This document shows positions 51,189 to 63,665 of a DNA stretch of 64,000 bases, one piece after another. This stretch comes from Octopus bimaculoides (taxonomy: Eukaryota). The notes beneath the pieces were generated by a model, which had not been told where the DNA came from, made no database searches, and saw only the letters and a list, made by a program, of their open reading frames with translations. Both the position numbers and the translations under genes were made by a program. Location of the stretch: NCBI RefSeq assembly GCF_001194135.2, contig NC_068984.1, positions 69,664,729 through 69,728,728 of the forward strand. The letters are read 5' to 3'. The number at the start of each line of letters is the position of its first letter. The first letter of the stretch is position 1.

Positions 51189-52129
51189 TGTAAATGACCA
51201 TGCGAAGTGAGGTGACGAGAATGGCTCCTTTGCACATCACACAGTCGATACAATAAATATGAAAAGAATAAATGCGTATATGTGCCAGAAGGAAAAGAGA
51301 GACACAACCAGGTAGAATGTTTAACAGAAGATTTTATTTATATGTTAACATGTGTGTGCGTCATATAAACATAATAATAGACAGGCCGTCATGAGAACAA
51401 AGTGTGTGTGTACAAACATGGATGTATGCGTATGTGATTGAAAGAGTCTATAATATTGAAAGAGTCTATAATATGGCATTAGAAGAATGTTCAGACACAG
51501 GGATGATAAATACCAGTTCGTAGTCAAGTTACACGATAGTTGAAATGCTGCATCAAGAAGTTATGGCAGTAATGCAGAGCTGGTTGAGGTACATGTCATA
51601 TAAGAAGTTGTGGCTACAATGCTGCTGCCGGTCACTTGGTACAAGAGTTCTCGCAGGTTGTATTTGCTGCTAACCATGGTGAAGTAATTCACAAATAGTG
51701 TTGTGATAGAACCTGTACGAGTGTTGCTTGTTGCTGTGTATGTAGAGAGATGATGTTGATGACATTAAGAAGATAGAGGCAATGAAGAAAGAGATTGCCG
51801 TATGCTGTTGGTCGAGTGTTAACGAATCTTCCTGTAGCTGCTGCTGTATTGTCACTGGAACTGGCTGTGTCCTGTATCGTCAGTGGCTAGACCTCAAAAG
51901 GTCTGGAACCAAAAGACCTTGACTCGATGTGAATTTTATAGGGTACATTCAGCTCACCAGAGGTTTAGAGGAGACTTCTCATGTGACCTTATCAGAAGGC
52001 TGTGATTGGTTGGGTTGCATATTGGTGTGCAATAGAGCAAGAGACAAGTTGCACCAATACCAACCAATCAAAGTAGTGGACACAATAGGGTCCAAAAGGG
52101 TGACTGAAAGCTAGTTGTTATCTACTACA
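51189..52129 (-). mobile_element. Solo-LTR-like element (941 bp) abutting or inserted in the R4 ORF
   Basis: TGTA...TACA ends; on the minus strand CCAAT (52021, 52005), CTATAAAA (51934-51941), AATAAA (51333-51338) in U3-R-U5 order; no clear TSD. Confidence 0.62.
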
Positions 52130-52430
52130 TCCGCATTTATGTATATATAGCAGAGAATGAGGAATTTCCGTTGTGCATATGCTACAACTGTTACCCGGTT
52201 TTAGATTTGTTTCATATTCCCTCCCATTCATATTTTTGTCTGTGGAGTTGTGGTTTGGTGCATTTTGCTCATCATTATGCATTCCTACGGTTTGAGTTAT
52301 CTTTCATTGCTTACTTTGTTTTTGCTGGACATGTTACCTCTGTCTTCACATTTTACAGTCCCAGTGCTTATGATACTATTTGGCATTGCTGTGTGGTCAC
52401 AATCTATGTTTTCTTGATGTATTTTTCCTT
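52130..52430 (-). mobile_element. Probable upstream continuation of the R4 ORF (N-terminal linker)
   Basis: Same A/C-rich sense-strand composition and N/E/K-rich partial frames; no diagnostic motif. Confidence 0.33.
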
Positions 52431-54507
52431 TTAAGTACTCTATTTCTATTTCTGATATTTTTTTGTCTTGAGAATATATTTCTGTGCATTAGCTAGTTTA
52501 TTAGGGTTCATTGTTATATCTAAATCTTTAACTAAGTCATTTTTCTTCCAAATTTTACATGTTGTTGTGTTTTCGTTCTGTAGAGCACTGCTGTAAAATA
52601 AGCATGTAAGATTGAAATATATTCCTCATGTGTCCATTTATGCTTTTTTTTATTTTATTCGCAGGACATGAAGAATAACATCCAGCCCTTCATTTTATAA
52701 TTTGATGCATAAATTTAAAGATGTTCATGTCACTGATTTATTATGACAATTTTGATTATATCTTTTTCATCCCATAGTTCAGCTTGTTGAATGCATAATA
52801 CTCAAACCCATGTCCTTATATTTGTTAAATACTTCCTTTATGTCTTCAATTTTGTTCCATAGTTATGGTTGTTAAAGTTATAAAACTCAAATACATCATG
52901 GTACAAGCAGAATAATATTGTAGATAATATTAATCATTAGCTAATATTTTTATATTTCACTACATGATTATTGTTAGTTAGCTTATTAATGGTCCATTAA
53001 TTAAAATAGATTAGTACTAAGTTAACCATTTCTTTTTATTCATGCCAATATTATCTCTAACTTATTTCATCTCTCTGTGATTTCAAGAAATCTTGTTAAG
53101 AATTATTTAATATTAGTATTAGGAATAAGGCTCAAAATAAATCTGAAAAACTTTTGATGCTACAACACTGCTGATAATTATAAATAACCACCAAATCCAT
53201 TTCTTTAGCTTCTTCATATATCAGTAAAAGTAATCAACAGTTTCATAATGGATTCTTTTATATCAGCATAGTCTTAAATTAGCTTTGATATGACAACTGT
53301 TTATCTATTGATCTGTATGTTCTCATATACATCATTTAATGATTTCTCTCTTAGTCATCTTTTTTGTTCTACAAATGTGATCTATTTTCTTACTGTCAGT
53401 AGACTATTATAATGTATTCTGCTTTTCTTTTTTACATTATATTTTCATTTCCATTCCAAATGAATGTTATGAAGCAAATTTGATTCTTCTTTATCTTATC
53501 TTTTCTTCAATTACACTTTTTTTCCATCAGACGTTTTTTTTTTTTAAACAAGAAATCTTATTTAAACTAATAAGGCAATTTTTTTATTCATTAATATTAC
53601 ATTTCATCTTTAATTTTGTTGCCCAAATGTCTAGTGCTTGTTTTAATATCATTTTATTGAAATAAATATGAAAACTTATGTGAAGATATTAATTTTAATT
53701 TCTAATAGATAAATTTACCTAATAAAATGTATTCAACACATGATTTTCATCTAGTGAACAAGAGAAGGAAAAGAAACATAAACTCTAGTGAAATAATTGA
53801 GATATACTGAAAATTAAGTATTTTATATGAATTTTCTCTTCTGTTGTGTATTTTATTAATTTTGTTTCAGAAACATTAAAAAAAATGCTTTACTGATAAT
53901 ATAATTTGTATATTAATTTACCCAGATATTGAAAATATTATCCATTTATACTTTATCTTCAATATAGAATAGAAACAGCTATCTAATGAACTTGTATTCA
54001 CACCTAACAACCCTTTTCTTATTCTCTTCACTTTTTACATAGCACCAGCTTCATGTTTGGCTTCCCTTCTTTAATTCAGAAGTATATTTGTCAAAAAGTA
54101 CGTCTTAAAAATATTAATTATTATCCTTAGTATCTTCATTTTATGTATTATTGAAATAGTATTACCTTGAAATAACTTGCACAGATCTTAAAGTCCCTAT
54201 ATTTTATATTTTTTTAATGAACTATCTATCTGAAATTATTAGTTAAATATCAATATTAAAATTCATTTTGTAATAATTTTTATATCACTTTGGGCCTGCA
54301 TATATTCAAAAGAAGGCTGCCATAAAAGTATACAATTTCTTTCATTCTTATTCAGATAAAACGGATTATGGCAAAGTATGGAGGAATGATAAATTCCTAG
54401 TTCCTTTGATACTAAATGCTCTTGAAGATCAACATCTATGCAATTTACATATTATATTATTCATGTGCTTATGGAATTTAATAGTTTATAAAATAATTTT
54501 TCTGATT

Positions 54508-54600
54508 GGTGTAGACATCTGGTTCACCAGTCCTCAGTCAAATCGTCCAACCCATGCTAGCATGGAAAGTGGACGTTAAACGACGATGATGATGATGATC
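54508..54600 (+). mobile_element. ~90-bp 5'-truncated RTE tail
   Basis: caccagtcctcagtcaaatcgtccaacccatgctagcatggaaagtggacgttaaac(gat)n. Confidence 0.85.
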
Positions 54601-54676
54601 ATCATCATGTAGCATTGTTTCTCACATGTTTTATTCTAAACATAGTTTTATAGCAGTTGCAGAGAAAGATACTCAC

Positions 54677-54765
54677 ATAACTTTATTAGGTTAGTTAATA
54701 TCCATCTCTTTTGAAATGGTAATATCGCATATGCCAATGAGAGATCCGTTATACAGTCACATGAA
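54677..54765 (-). CDS. Candidate 89-nt exon of an unidentified gene
   Basis: tcttcttgctatttctatcag| ... TAT|GTGAGT; single open frame SCDCITDLSLAYAILPFQKRWILTNLIKL. Confidence 0.27.
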
Positions 54766-56439
54766 CTGATAGAAATAGCAAGAAGATTCTTCCTCAAATC
54801 ATACCTTATGAGTTTAAAGTAAAGAAGGACACATTGGACTGTGAGGTCTTTAGATATACAAAAAAAAAATAAAAAGACAGTTTGGTAGCAGATGGATTAC
54901 CTTTCATTATAGTTCTACTTGAATAGGATTGACCTGGGAATGAATAGCAACATGTTGTGCTCTTTATCCAAATGACACATACTGAATACTTCCTCTTCAT
55001 GCAACGATTCAAATTAAAATAATCAGTAGTTGTTTGTCTGAGACAGTTGATATCTTTCATGTCTATTTCAGCATCATATAAATCAAAGCACAATGTTGCA
55101 ATTTTTACCCCATCGAAGGTCACACTTCATTTAAATGCATGCTTGAAAGGAAGAAGTGATTGCTATTGCCTATCTTTGGTAAACCTGTCTTTGATTTTAT
55201 AACAGTGCCTGTAGTAATAGTGAACCATTATTTATTCCATTACCTTTAGATCCATAAGGAGATATGAATCCAGATTTAATAGTAAAATACAATAGTTTCA
55301 ATTCAGATATGAAGCCAATTTATAAACCTGGGTCATCAAAAGGTTACCTCCATTCAATGGTTTTCACCATTAAGGATACAATACACCACTATGATTATTA
55401 CTATATGATTTAATTTAACTGAAAACTATTTATGAAGAATATATATAAAAGTCTTGAATTTAAAATACAATGAATTGAAAGTCACTCCAACTGCTACAGA
55501 ATAACCATGACACTAATATTAAGAATACTGAAGAAATAATTATTTCATTCCTACTTATAAATTGAAAGGAAAAATTGAAATAAAAACTGTAAAGATGACC
55601 CACAATGCACTTTCATAAACCCATTTAAAAACAATGTTTGCTTGTTTAAATTTTCTATAAAGAAAATAAGACGAATTAGAAAATGTCTTCATCCCACATA
55701 ACATATAATATGTGTCATCTCTTTTTAAACACTACAGTAATATCATTTTGTCTAATAGCATGACTAGTAATATTTTATTCACAATAAACTACTGCTTCTG
55801 ATGTTTTGCTGCATAAAGAAAATAATTATTATTGAAAATATATAAATTCTTTATTAGAATGGAGAACAGAACATCAAATAATATTACTAGATAGTTGTAC
55901 ATATGCATTTCTCTTCTAAGTCATGTGCACTTTTCTTCAGATATAACATTCATAATTTTATTCTATGAGCAAATGAAATATGGTATAAATGGTAATAGGA
56001 AAATATTCTAACCTATATACACAGGTTGGTGAGCAGTATAAGATGTCAGACTTAAAGTATAAGTTTCAATTCCACTCTTGATAAAGCCCAGTTTCATTGA
56101 AGGGGCTTTAGCAAATTCTTAGCAACTCATTGAAGCCAGTAAAAGAGTATTGGAATAGATGTTGAATAATTACGTTGAAGTTATTTTTTATATAAATAGG
56201 AAGATAACATTGGAATAATGATAATCAGTTCATGTAGCATTTTAATGATATAAAAGAATTCAACTTCAAAACATAGTTTCACATTATCTAATGCACTTCC
56301 CAAGTGCTCTAAGTATTTCTATACACATTTAAATTTATACTACTCCAACTGGGTCATTAAATCTTATAATGGCTTAGCAGAAATTCAGATATTACTCTCC
56401 TCTAAACAATATTCTCTCCAAGACAACATAATCATCTTT

Positions 56440-56700
56440 GTCAACATCATCATTTAACATCTCCTTTCCATGTTGGCATGAGTTGGACTGTTTGACAGCA
56501 GTTGGCTAGGCAGAAGACTGTACCAAGCTTCAGTGTCTCTTTTGGCATGGTTTTTATAGCTGGATGTCATGCCTAGCACCAACCACTCTGCAGAGTGAAC
56601 TGAGTGCTTTTTTATGTGTTGCCAGTACAGGCAAGGTCATATTTGGCATGGTTTTTACAGCTGAATGCCCTTATAAATTCTAATCATTTTACAATGTGGA
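56440..56700 (-). mobile_element. Old RTE-tail-type repeat
   Basis: catcatttaacatctcctttccatgttggcatgagttggac..tttatagctggatgtcatgcc..aaccactctgcagagtg. Confidence 0.65.
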
Positions 56701-57489
56701 TTGGATGCTTTTTGTCTGTTTTGGTATAAGTCAAATCAGTCTTCATAGTTGCATATTTCCATGGAAATCTTCATAAACAAACTAAGTTTTGCTTATTTTA
56801 AATCATAAGAACTGAAAAAAGATTTGTTTTCCCTGTATTGCTCATTTTTATGGAACTATTATTTGATATTCTGTATGTCACAGATTTCAAATTCTAATCA
56901 GTGCACAGATAGCCTTTTGATATACTGTGTGGAAACTAATCAGTGTTAATAGATAATTGGTGTCATCTTACTTTCTTCATAATTGTATTTTTTGTTTTAA
57001 ATATTTTCTATCCCCAGTTCAGAATCCATTTTCGTTTCATGTGTGCAACTCTCCATTTGCATTATTACTTACATGTCCATACAAGCTAAGTAAACTATCA
57101 GTACAGGAAATTGACTGGTGCTAAAGGCTATGTTGCTTTATGTATCCTGTCCAATTTTCTCTTTTAGTTATTCATTGCTGCATTTGAAAATGATTTATTG
57201 ACAGAAATAGCACTGTTCATTTTCCTCCTTTCACATCTTGCATCTTTTCACTTTTTAGAATTTATACAGGCATATGATCCAACATCTTTTTTGACTTTGG
57301 AGTCTTTAGTCATCCAGATTTATTCTAGTCATTCAGAATTTTCACTACTCACTCAAAAATAAAAGGTTTATTTTTATTTCTTTTCATAAACAATTTTACT
57401 TTTTTTCTATCAACTTCCATTAAAAAATAACATTTGAAGCTTATACCATGATATTAAGAAACTAGGATTTATGCTCTATCGTTCCTTTT

Positions 57490-58005
57490 TGTTTAGCCCT
57501 AGGTCAGCCTTGAAAGATGTTCCAGCAGGGAACACATAATAATTTTCAAGTTGAGCGCATATATCTAACATGTCCTTTATCAGATGATACACTTTTACAC
57601 TTTTACTTGTTTCAGTCTTTTGACTGCGGCCATGCTGGAGTACCGCCTTTAGTCGAAGAAATCGACCCCAGGACTTATTCTTTGGAAGCCTAGTACTTAT
57701 TCTATCGGTCTCTTTTGCCGAACCACTAAGTTACGGGGACATAAACACACCAGCATCGGTTGTCAAGCGATGTTGGGGGGACAAACACAGACATACAAAC
57801 ACACACACCCACATACACATATATATACACATATACGACGGGCTTCTTTCAGTTTCCGTCTACCAAATCCACTCACAAGGCATTGGTCGGCCTGAGGCTA
57901 TAGTAGAAGGCACCTGCCCAAGATGCCACACAGTGGGACTGAACCCGGGACCAGGGTATGATTTGAGGGAGTTTTATCAACCATATCTAAATTTCTAGTA
58001 GGGTA
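57490..58005 (+). mobile_element. Unclassified dispersed repeat (family E) split by SINE A; intact-looking copy at 60205-60400
   Basis: gtttagccc.aggtcagc..aaagatgtt before the SINE and gtatgatttgagggag after it; same order in 60215-60370. Confidence 0.55.
57595..57953 (-). mobile_element. SINE family A, best-preserved copy (head slightly truncated)
   Basis: CpG retained; B-box-like ggttcagtcc; internal (CA)n; 3' gactgaaacaagtaaaag. Confidence 0.9.
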
Positions 58006-59427
58006 AATATAAAAGCTCTCTTATAAGTTCTGCTGTCCCTAATACTGATTGGTGTGAACTACTTGTGACTTTAACCAAACCTTAATCTCTAAAGCTGTAT
58101 ATATGTGTGTATGATCTCTCTCTGAGTGCTACTGGTGACATGTAACACAGTGTAACCTGTTATGTAACCCTGTTACTGATGACTAAATTGGCAACACCGG
58201 CAGGTTTACCTGAGAGAAATGTTACCAGGAATCCAGCAGAACAGAAACATGTGCTGTTAAAATGTTGGATGAAACCAGTATACAGTCAATGACTATTTAT
58301 CAATTGCATGTGAGATGGTGAATGAATATTAACTCAGATCACTTTAGGACTAAAATTCTCAACCATGGTATCCTAAAAGTCTCCATAAAGGTAGTAGTTG
58401 GTATGATATATTAGTTGTACTCCAATTTGTATTTGTGTCTGTGATTTGTGTAGGTACATGTTTGATGTTATTAAACAAACTTAAGCAAAGGAACTTCACA
58501 TATAATATGGACTGCCATTGTAAGAAAAATCTGCTGTGATCATTTTAAAGTTTTGTACCACTAGCTTCCCAAGAATGCATTGTTTTCTGCATGAAGAATA
58601 CTAAGTCCTGCAATCTAGTTTGGGTTACACACTTAAGATGTGTGAGTGAAGTTGGATCGCCTCAAACTTAAGCCACTTGTAACAAAATTTTTGTGTAAGT
58701 TGCTCATTAATAACACATTTGGTTTTGCATGCTCAAAGCTCTGTGATGATGTTGAATGGTTTAGTGGCTGTTTCAGGAAATTCTGGAGTTTTCACAGAGA
58801 TGACTCTTTGTTGCTAAGTGCTCATACATAACTTTTAATAGGAAAATCCTATTAAAAGTAAACACACACACACATGCATGCATGCATGCACACACACATG
58901 TGTGTATGTGGGGGGGGGCATGTTGCACAAGACACCATATTAATGGTAGTTCTGACCATCTCAGTGATTTTTCTGATTAATTTTGTAAACAAAATTATTT
59001 TGAAAAGTAGATTATCGGTACAGCTGCAGCTGTATTCTAGCTTTCCAGGTACAACACTGTCTTAAGTTGGCATTGGTTAGATTCAGCAACACTTTTGGGG
59101 ACTGATCAAATGATAAGCCAAAACGTTAAAATTACAAGATTACAAAAATGTTATTGAAAGAACAAAGATAATGTATATAATTGATTTTTTTTTTCTTACT
59201 TACTAGTTTGTGATGGCGTAAACAAGGAGAAAACATTATAAAGTTTTAATAGGATTGGTTAAGTTTTATCAACTTTTTGGTGAATAAAATTTTATTGGAA
59301 TGTGAAATGCAATCCTTAGTTTGTATCACTTCCAGTGGAAGTAGAACAATGAGTTAGGGGATTGTTTTTTGTAATGGGTAGAACAGTAAAATTCTTAAGA
59401 GGGCTGATTTATTTATATAATGCTACA

Positions 59428-59812
59428 TTGGCTGTGTGGTAAGAAGTTTGCTTCCCAACTACATGGATTCAGTCCCATTACCTGGCACCTTGGGTCAGTG
59501 TATTCTATTATAGTCTTGAGCTGACCAAAATGTTGTAAGTGAATTTGGTAGACGGAAACTGAAAGAAGCTTGTCATGTGTGTGCGTGCATGTGTGTGTGT
59601 GTATATGTGTTTGCCTAACACCACTGATTGACAACCCATGTTGGTGTGTTTATGTCTCCATAACTTGGCGGTTTGGCAAAAGAGGCAAATAGAACAGCTA
59701 CCAGGCTGTAGAAAAATAAAAAAAAAAGTACTGGAGTTGAAACGTGTAACTAAAATTCTCCAAGGTGATGCCCCAGCATGGCTGCATTATAATGACTGAA
59801 ACAAGTAAATAA
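59428..59812 (+). mobile_element. SINE family A, full length, decayed
   Basis: tggctgtgtggtaagaagtttgcttcccaac..ccagcatggctgc..tgactgaaacaagtaaa. Confidence 0.8.
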
Positions 59813-60529
59813 TTTAAGATATAATCAGTAGTAAGTTGGTTCGTTTTATCTTGTAAAATATTTGCAATGTGATTGGTGTTGTCCAACAATTTAGGCTGCA
59901 GATTTCCATCCTGATTATGATTTATCAAAAGGCAATATAGTAAAAACGAAATAAGATATGTTACATTACTATGAAGAGAGGACATTTTGTCTTCAAGGCA
60001 AACTAACATATCTAACATATTGCTTTTACAATTGTCTTTATTCCCAGGGATATTGGAACTGCTGTTTACTGTTTTGAATAGTATCTCTTATTTCTTATTC
60101 TCTGGACACTTTTACTTGATATTGGAGATCCTAGATAAGGCTAAAGGCATTATCCTTCCAATATGATATACTAAAAACAAATTTAATTCATATATAACAT
60201 TATTCAATATGTTGTTGTTGTTTAGCCCCAGGTCAGCTCTCAAAGAGCAGAAATGATCAAAGATGTTCAAACCATAAACTTGATTTTATTCAGACAGTGT
60301 TCACAAAGGATTATGTTATCTAATGTACACTTTTCCTTTTTCAACAATGAGGTGTGATTGAGGAAGATTTCGTTGTTAATGTCTTACAGTCAAGGGAATT
60401 AATTCTTACTTATCAGCAGGAAAAAATTATTTACAGAAGTACATTTTCACACTGAAGAAGGTCTATACTCCAGTTATAGATTTCAAGTTTCTACCACAAC
60501 ATACATACAAACCTGTTTACAAATATTAG

Positions 60530-60715
60530 TTTCAAATTTTGGCCCAAGGCCAGCACGTTCGGGGGAGAAATTAAGTCAGTTACACTCACCACAAGTTTAA
60601 CTGGTACTTACCTTACTGACCTCAAAAGGATAAAAGGCAAACTGGACTTTAGCAAAATTGAACTCAGAATGTAAAGATGGACGAAATGCTAACAATTCTG
60701 CCAGCTTACTGCCCA
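60530..60715 (-). mobile_element. SINE family B
   Basis: tttcaaattttggcccaaggccagc..ctggtactta..aaaggcaaa..ttgaactcagaatgtaaaga. Confidence 0.72.
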
Positions 60716-60799
60716 TCATGTTTATAAATATTATGTACAAATTGTTATTATTGTTGGTCACCTGTAACCACCCTTAACTCTAGGTTTCATTTAAGAAGT

Positions 60800-61170
60800 T
60801 GTTGTTGTTGGCACTCCATCATTTACAACGTCGAGGGTTCCAGTTGATCCAATCAACGGAACAGCCTGCTCGTGAAATTAACGTCCAAGTAGTTGAGCAC
60901 TCCACAGACACGTGTACCCTTAACGTAGTTCTCGGGAATATTCCGCTTGACACAGTGTGACAAGGCTGACCCTTTGAATTACAGGCACAACAGGAAGTAA
61001 GAGTGAAAGAAAGTTGTGGCAGAAGAGTACAGCAGGGTTCACCACCATCCCCTGCTGGAGCCTCGTGGAGCTTTTGGTGTTTTTGCTCAATAAACACTCA
61101 CAACGCCCAGTCTGGGAATCGAAACCACGATCCTGAGTCCACTGCCCTAACCACTGGGCCATTGCTCCTT
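60800..61170 (-). mobile_element. SINE family C, full length, (CAA)n tail
   Basis: Reverse complement of 46729-47097. Confidence 0.88.
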
Positions 61171-61239
61171 CACTATTTAAGAAGTAATTAGGACATAATC
61201 AATTAACATTTATTTCTCACATACAGCTTTCCTCCCATT

Positions 61240-61770
61240 AGCCATCAAGAATATATTGGTTTGGCCATGTGATGCAGATGTATGCCAACACCTCCATAAA
61301 GAAGCACCAATCTCTCAAAGTAGATGGAATACATGGAAGTGGGAGACCCAGAAAAACATGGGATGAAGATCTGAAGAATGACCTCAGAAAGCTGAAACTG
61401 TCAGGTGAGATGACAAAAGACGAAGGTACCTTAAGACCTTTACCCTTCGGAAGACCTGTACCCAACAAATCCTGTTGCTGGTGTAAAGCACTTGTAATGG
61501 TGCCACGTAAAAGCACCTGTGTGCTGTCATGTAAATGCGCCTGTGCAGTGTCACATAAAAGCACCTGTGTGGTGCCATGAAAGACTACCTGTGCAGTGCC
61601 ATATAAAAAGACCCAAGACATTCTGAAAAGTGGTTGATGTTGGGAAGGGCATCCAGCTGTAGGAGCCATACCAAATCAAACTGGGGTCTGGTGCAGCTCC
61701 CCAGCTTGCCAGCTCTGGTCAAACTGTCATACCCATACTAGCATGGACAATAGATTTTAACTGATGATAA
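61240..61770 (+). mobile_element. RTE LINE 3' end: ORF C-terminus, tandem 24-mers and tail
   Basis: WFGHVMQM..GSGRPRKTWDEDLKNDLRKLKLSGEMTKD; about five 24-nt units (gtaaaagcacctgtgtggtgccac-like) at 61482-61605; gggcatccagctgtag..cccatactagcatgg..(gat)n. Confidence 0.87.
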
Positions 61771-61777
61771 TGATTTG

Positions 61778-61827
<50 letters not shown>

Positions 61828-61863
61828 GACATATACATAAATGTGTATACATATATATATAAA

Positions 61864-61897
<34 letters not shown>

Positions 61898-61988
61898 CAT
61901 ATATATANNNNNNNNNNNNNNNNNNNNNNNNNNNNNNNNNNNNNNNNNNNNNNNNNNNNNNNNNNNNNNNNNNNNNNNNNNNNNNNNN

Positions 61989-62026
<38 letters not shown>

Positions 62027-62120
62027 CATGTATGTATGTATGTATAGGGTAATAAATTACATAAATAATATTTTCAGGATTAAATAAAAAGACAACAAAC
62101 AGAAAATATGATATATATAT

Positions 62121-62678
62121 AATTCAAGAATGCGTGTAGTAAATAAACATATGAACATACACTAAATACACAGATGAACAGAAAACACAGAAGGTCACCA
62201 ACTCCTATTTAGTAATCGGCTTGAAGGTCAAGTGCAATTTTGGCCATTATTGATTATATTGCTTCCACTCTGGAGGCACTGGCAAGAAACTTGCTGGGAA
62301 TGGGATCAAGACATAACAAAATTAGGTGGGCTTGGGACAAGACAGTTAATGGATGGATGAGAGACAGCACAATAAACCGAATAATGGCTTAGGGGCCACA
62401 TGAAGACAACAATTAACAACAATTAAAATGATAATAATACATATACTGCCAAAAGAGCCTTACAGCTGCAACACAGAATAAAATTGGGTAACGCAAAGGA
62501 GAAATGAAAAACTGTCCTAAAGGACTGTAAACACAGGAAGCAATATTATTGATATTGGCCAAAATTGTGCTTGACCCTCTGGTCGATAACTGTGGAGAAG
62601 TTGGTGACCTGTGTTTTTCGTTCGTCTGTGTATTTACTATATGTTCGCACGTTTATTTACTACACATATTTTTTAATT
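62121..62678. mobile_element. Foldback or long-TIR element in (TA)n
   Basis: Arms 62121-62266 and 62536-62678 are imperfect reverse complements; ATATATATAT on both sides. Confidence 0.8.
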
Positions 62679-62870
62679 ATATATATATGGAAGGTATTGG
62701 TATCCATAGGGCCCAAGATACCAGGTAAGGCTATGTAAGTGCTATGGAAGGACCATTGTTAAGCTCTCAGTTCGATAATAATACAAGTGAGGAGTCTAAT
62801 GTAGGCTTTGTACGAGCATTTATATGTTAAATAAAATGAGACAATGGAGCCAAGGCTGTGTGGAATTTTT

Positions 62871-63118
62871 NNNNNNNNNNNNNNNNNNNNNNNNNNNNNN
62901 NNNNNNNNNNNNNNNNNNNNNNNNNNNNNNNNNNNNNNNNNNNNNNNNNNNNNNNNNNNNNNNNNNNNNNNNNNNNNNNNNNNNNNNNNNNNNNNNNNNN
63001 NNNNNNNNNNNNNNNNNNNNNNNNNNNNNNNNNNNNNNNNNNNNNNNNNNNNNNNNNNNNNNNNNNNNNNNNNNNNNNNNNNNNNNNNNNNNNNNNNNNN
63101 NNNNNNNNNNNNNNNNNN
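62871..63118. other. Assembly gap followed by (GA)n/(GATA)n; another gap at 61908-61988 within (TA)n
   Basis: N-runs. Confidence 0.99.
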
Positions 63119-63234
63119 GAGAGAGAGATAAATTGATAGATAGATAGATAGATAGATAGATACATAGATAGATAAAAGAAGAAAACGAAGATTGCGAAAT
63201 TAATAATTGTTTATTATTAACAGCAAATTAATCC

Positions 63235-63318
63235 TCTTCACTTACAGATGTTTCAATTAATACTCAGTACTATTAAATTTCTATTTATATGACCTGAGCA
63301 TAATACCTTCAGAGGAGA
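63235..63318 (-). ncRNA. Degenerate hammerhead-ribozyme-like motif (Penelope terminal-repeat type)
   Basis: CTGAAGG..atgctcag/ctgagtat stem..GAAA-CATCTG-TA; several mismatches to the HHR consensus. Confidence 0.3.
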
Positions 63319-63366
63319 TAAAATATACCCTTGGATGGTTTATATGCGTTTATGGATTCATATCTA

Positions 63367-63565
63367 TATGAGGGAATTTTTTGACTTTGGGTAAAAGGAA
63401 ATACAGGAGGATCAGTTAATAATGTTTTTATTCAACATTTTCCCCTCTCAGATTCACACACTTATTCAGTTTTTTTAAGCCCTGTGAAAGAACTAAGAAG
63501 GTCAGACCTCCAGCCAGGTCTTTCACAATACAATTAAAATCAGGAAACTTGCAGCACCCCTCATG
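63367..63565. mobile_element. Mariner-type MITE (~200 bp)
   Basis: tatgaggg.. at left and cagcacccctcatgta at right resemble decayed TA-CGAGGGG TIRs. Confidence 0.45.
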
Positions 63566-63665
63566 TATATATATAATCTAAATAATAAGAAGATAAAGAA
63601 ATTCTTTAACACATCTTTAATGATTCATTACAATTGTTTTTTGTACTAACTCTACTAGCAATGAT

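Noticed and set aside
54806-55138. 105-aa minus ORF with an upstream acceptor and in-frame TGA (selenocysteine idea)
   Set aside because: No selenoprotein motif or SECIS recognised; phase incompatible with the neighbouring candidate exon.
61482-61605. About five 24-nt tandem units resembling an array
   Set aside because: No unique spacers; part of the RTE 3' UTR, with related units at 28050-28125.
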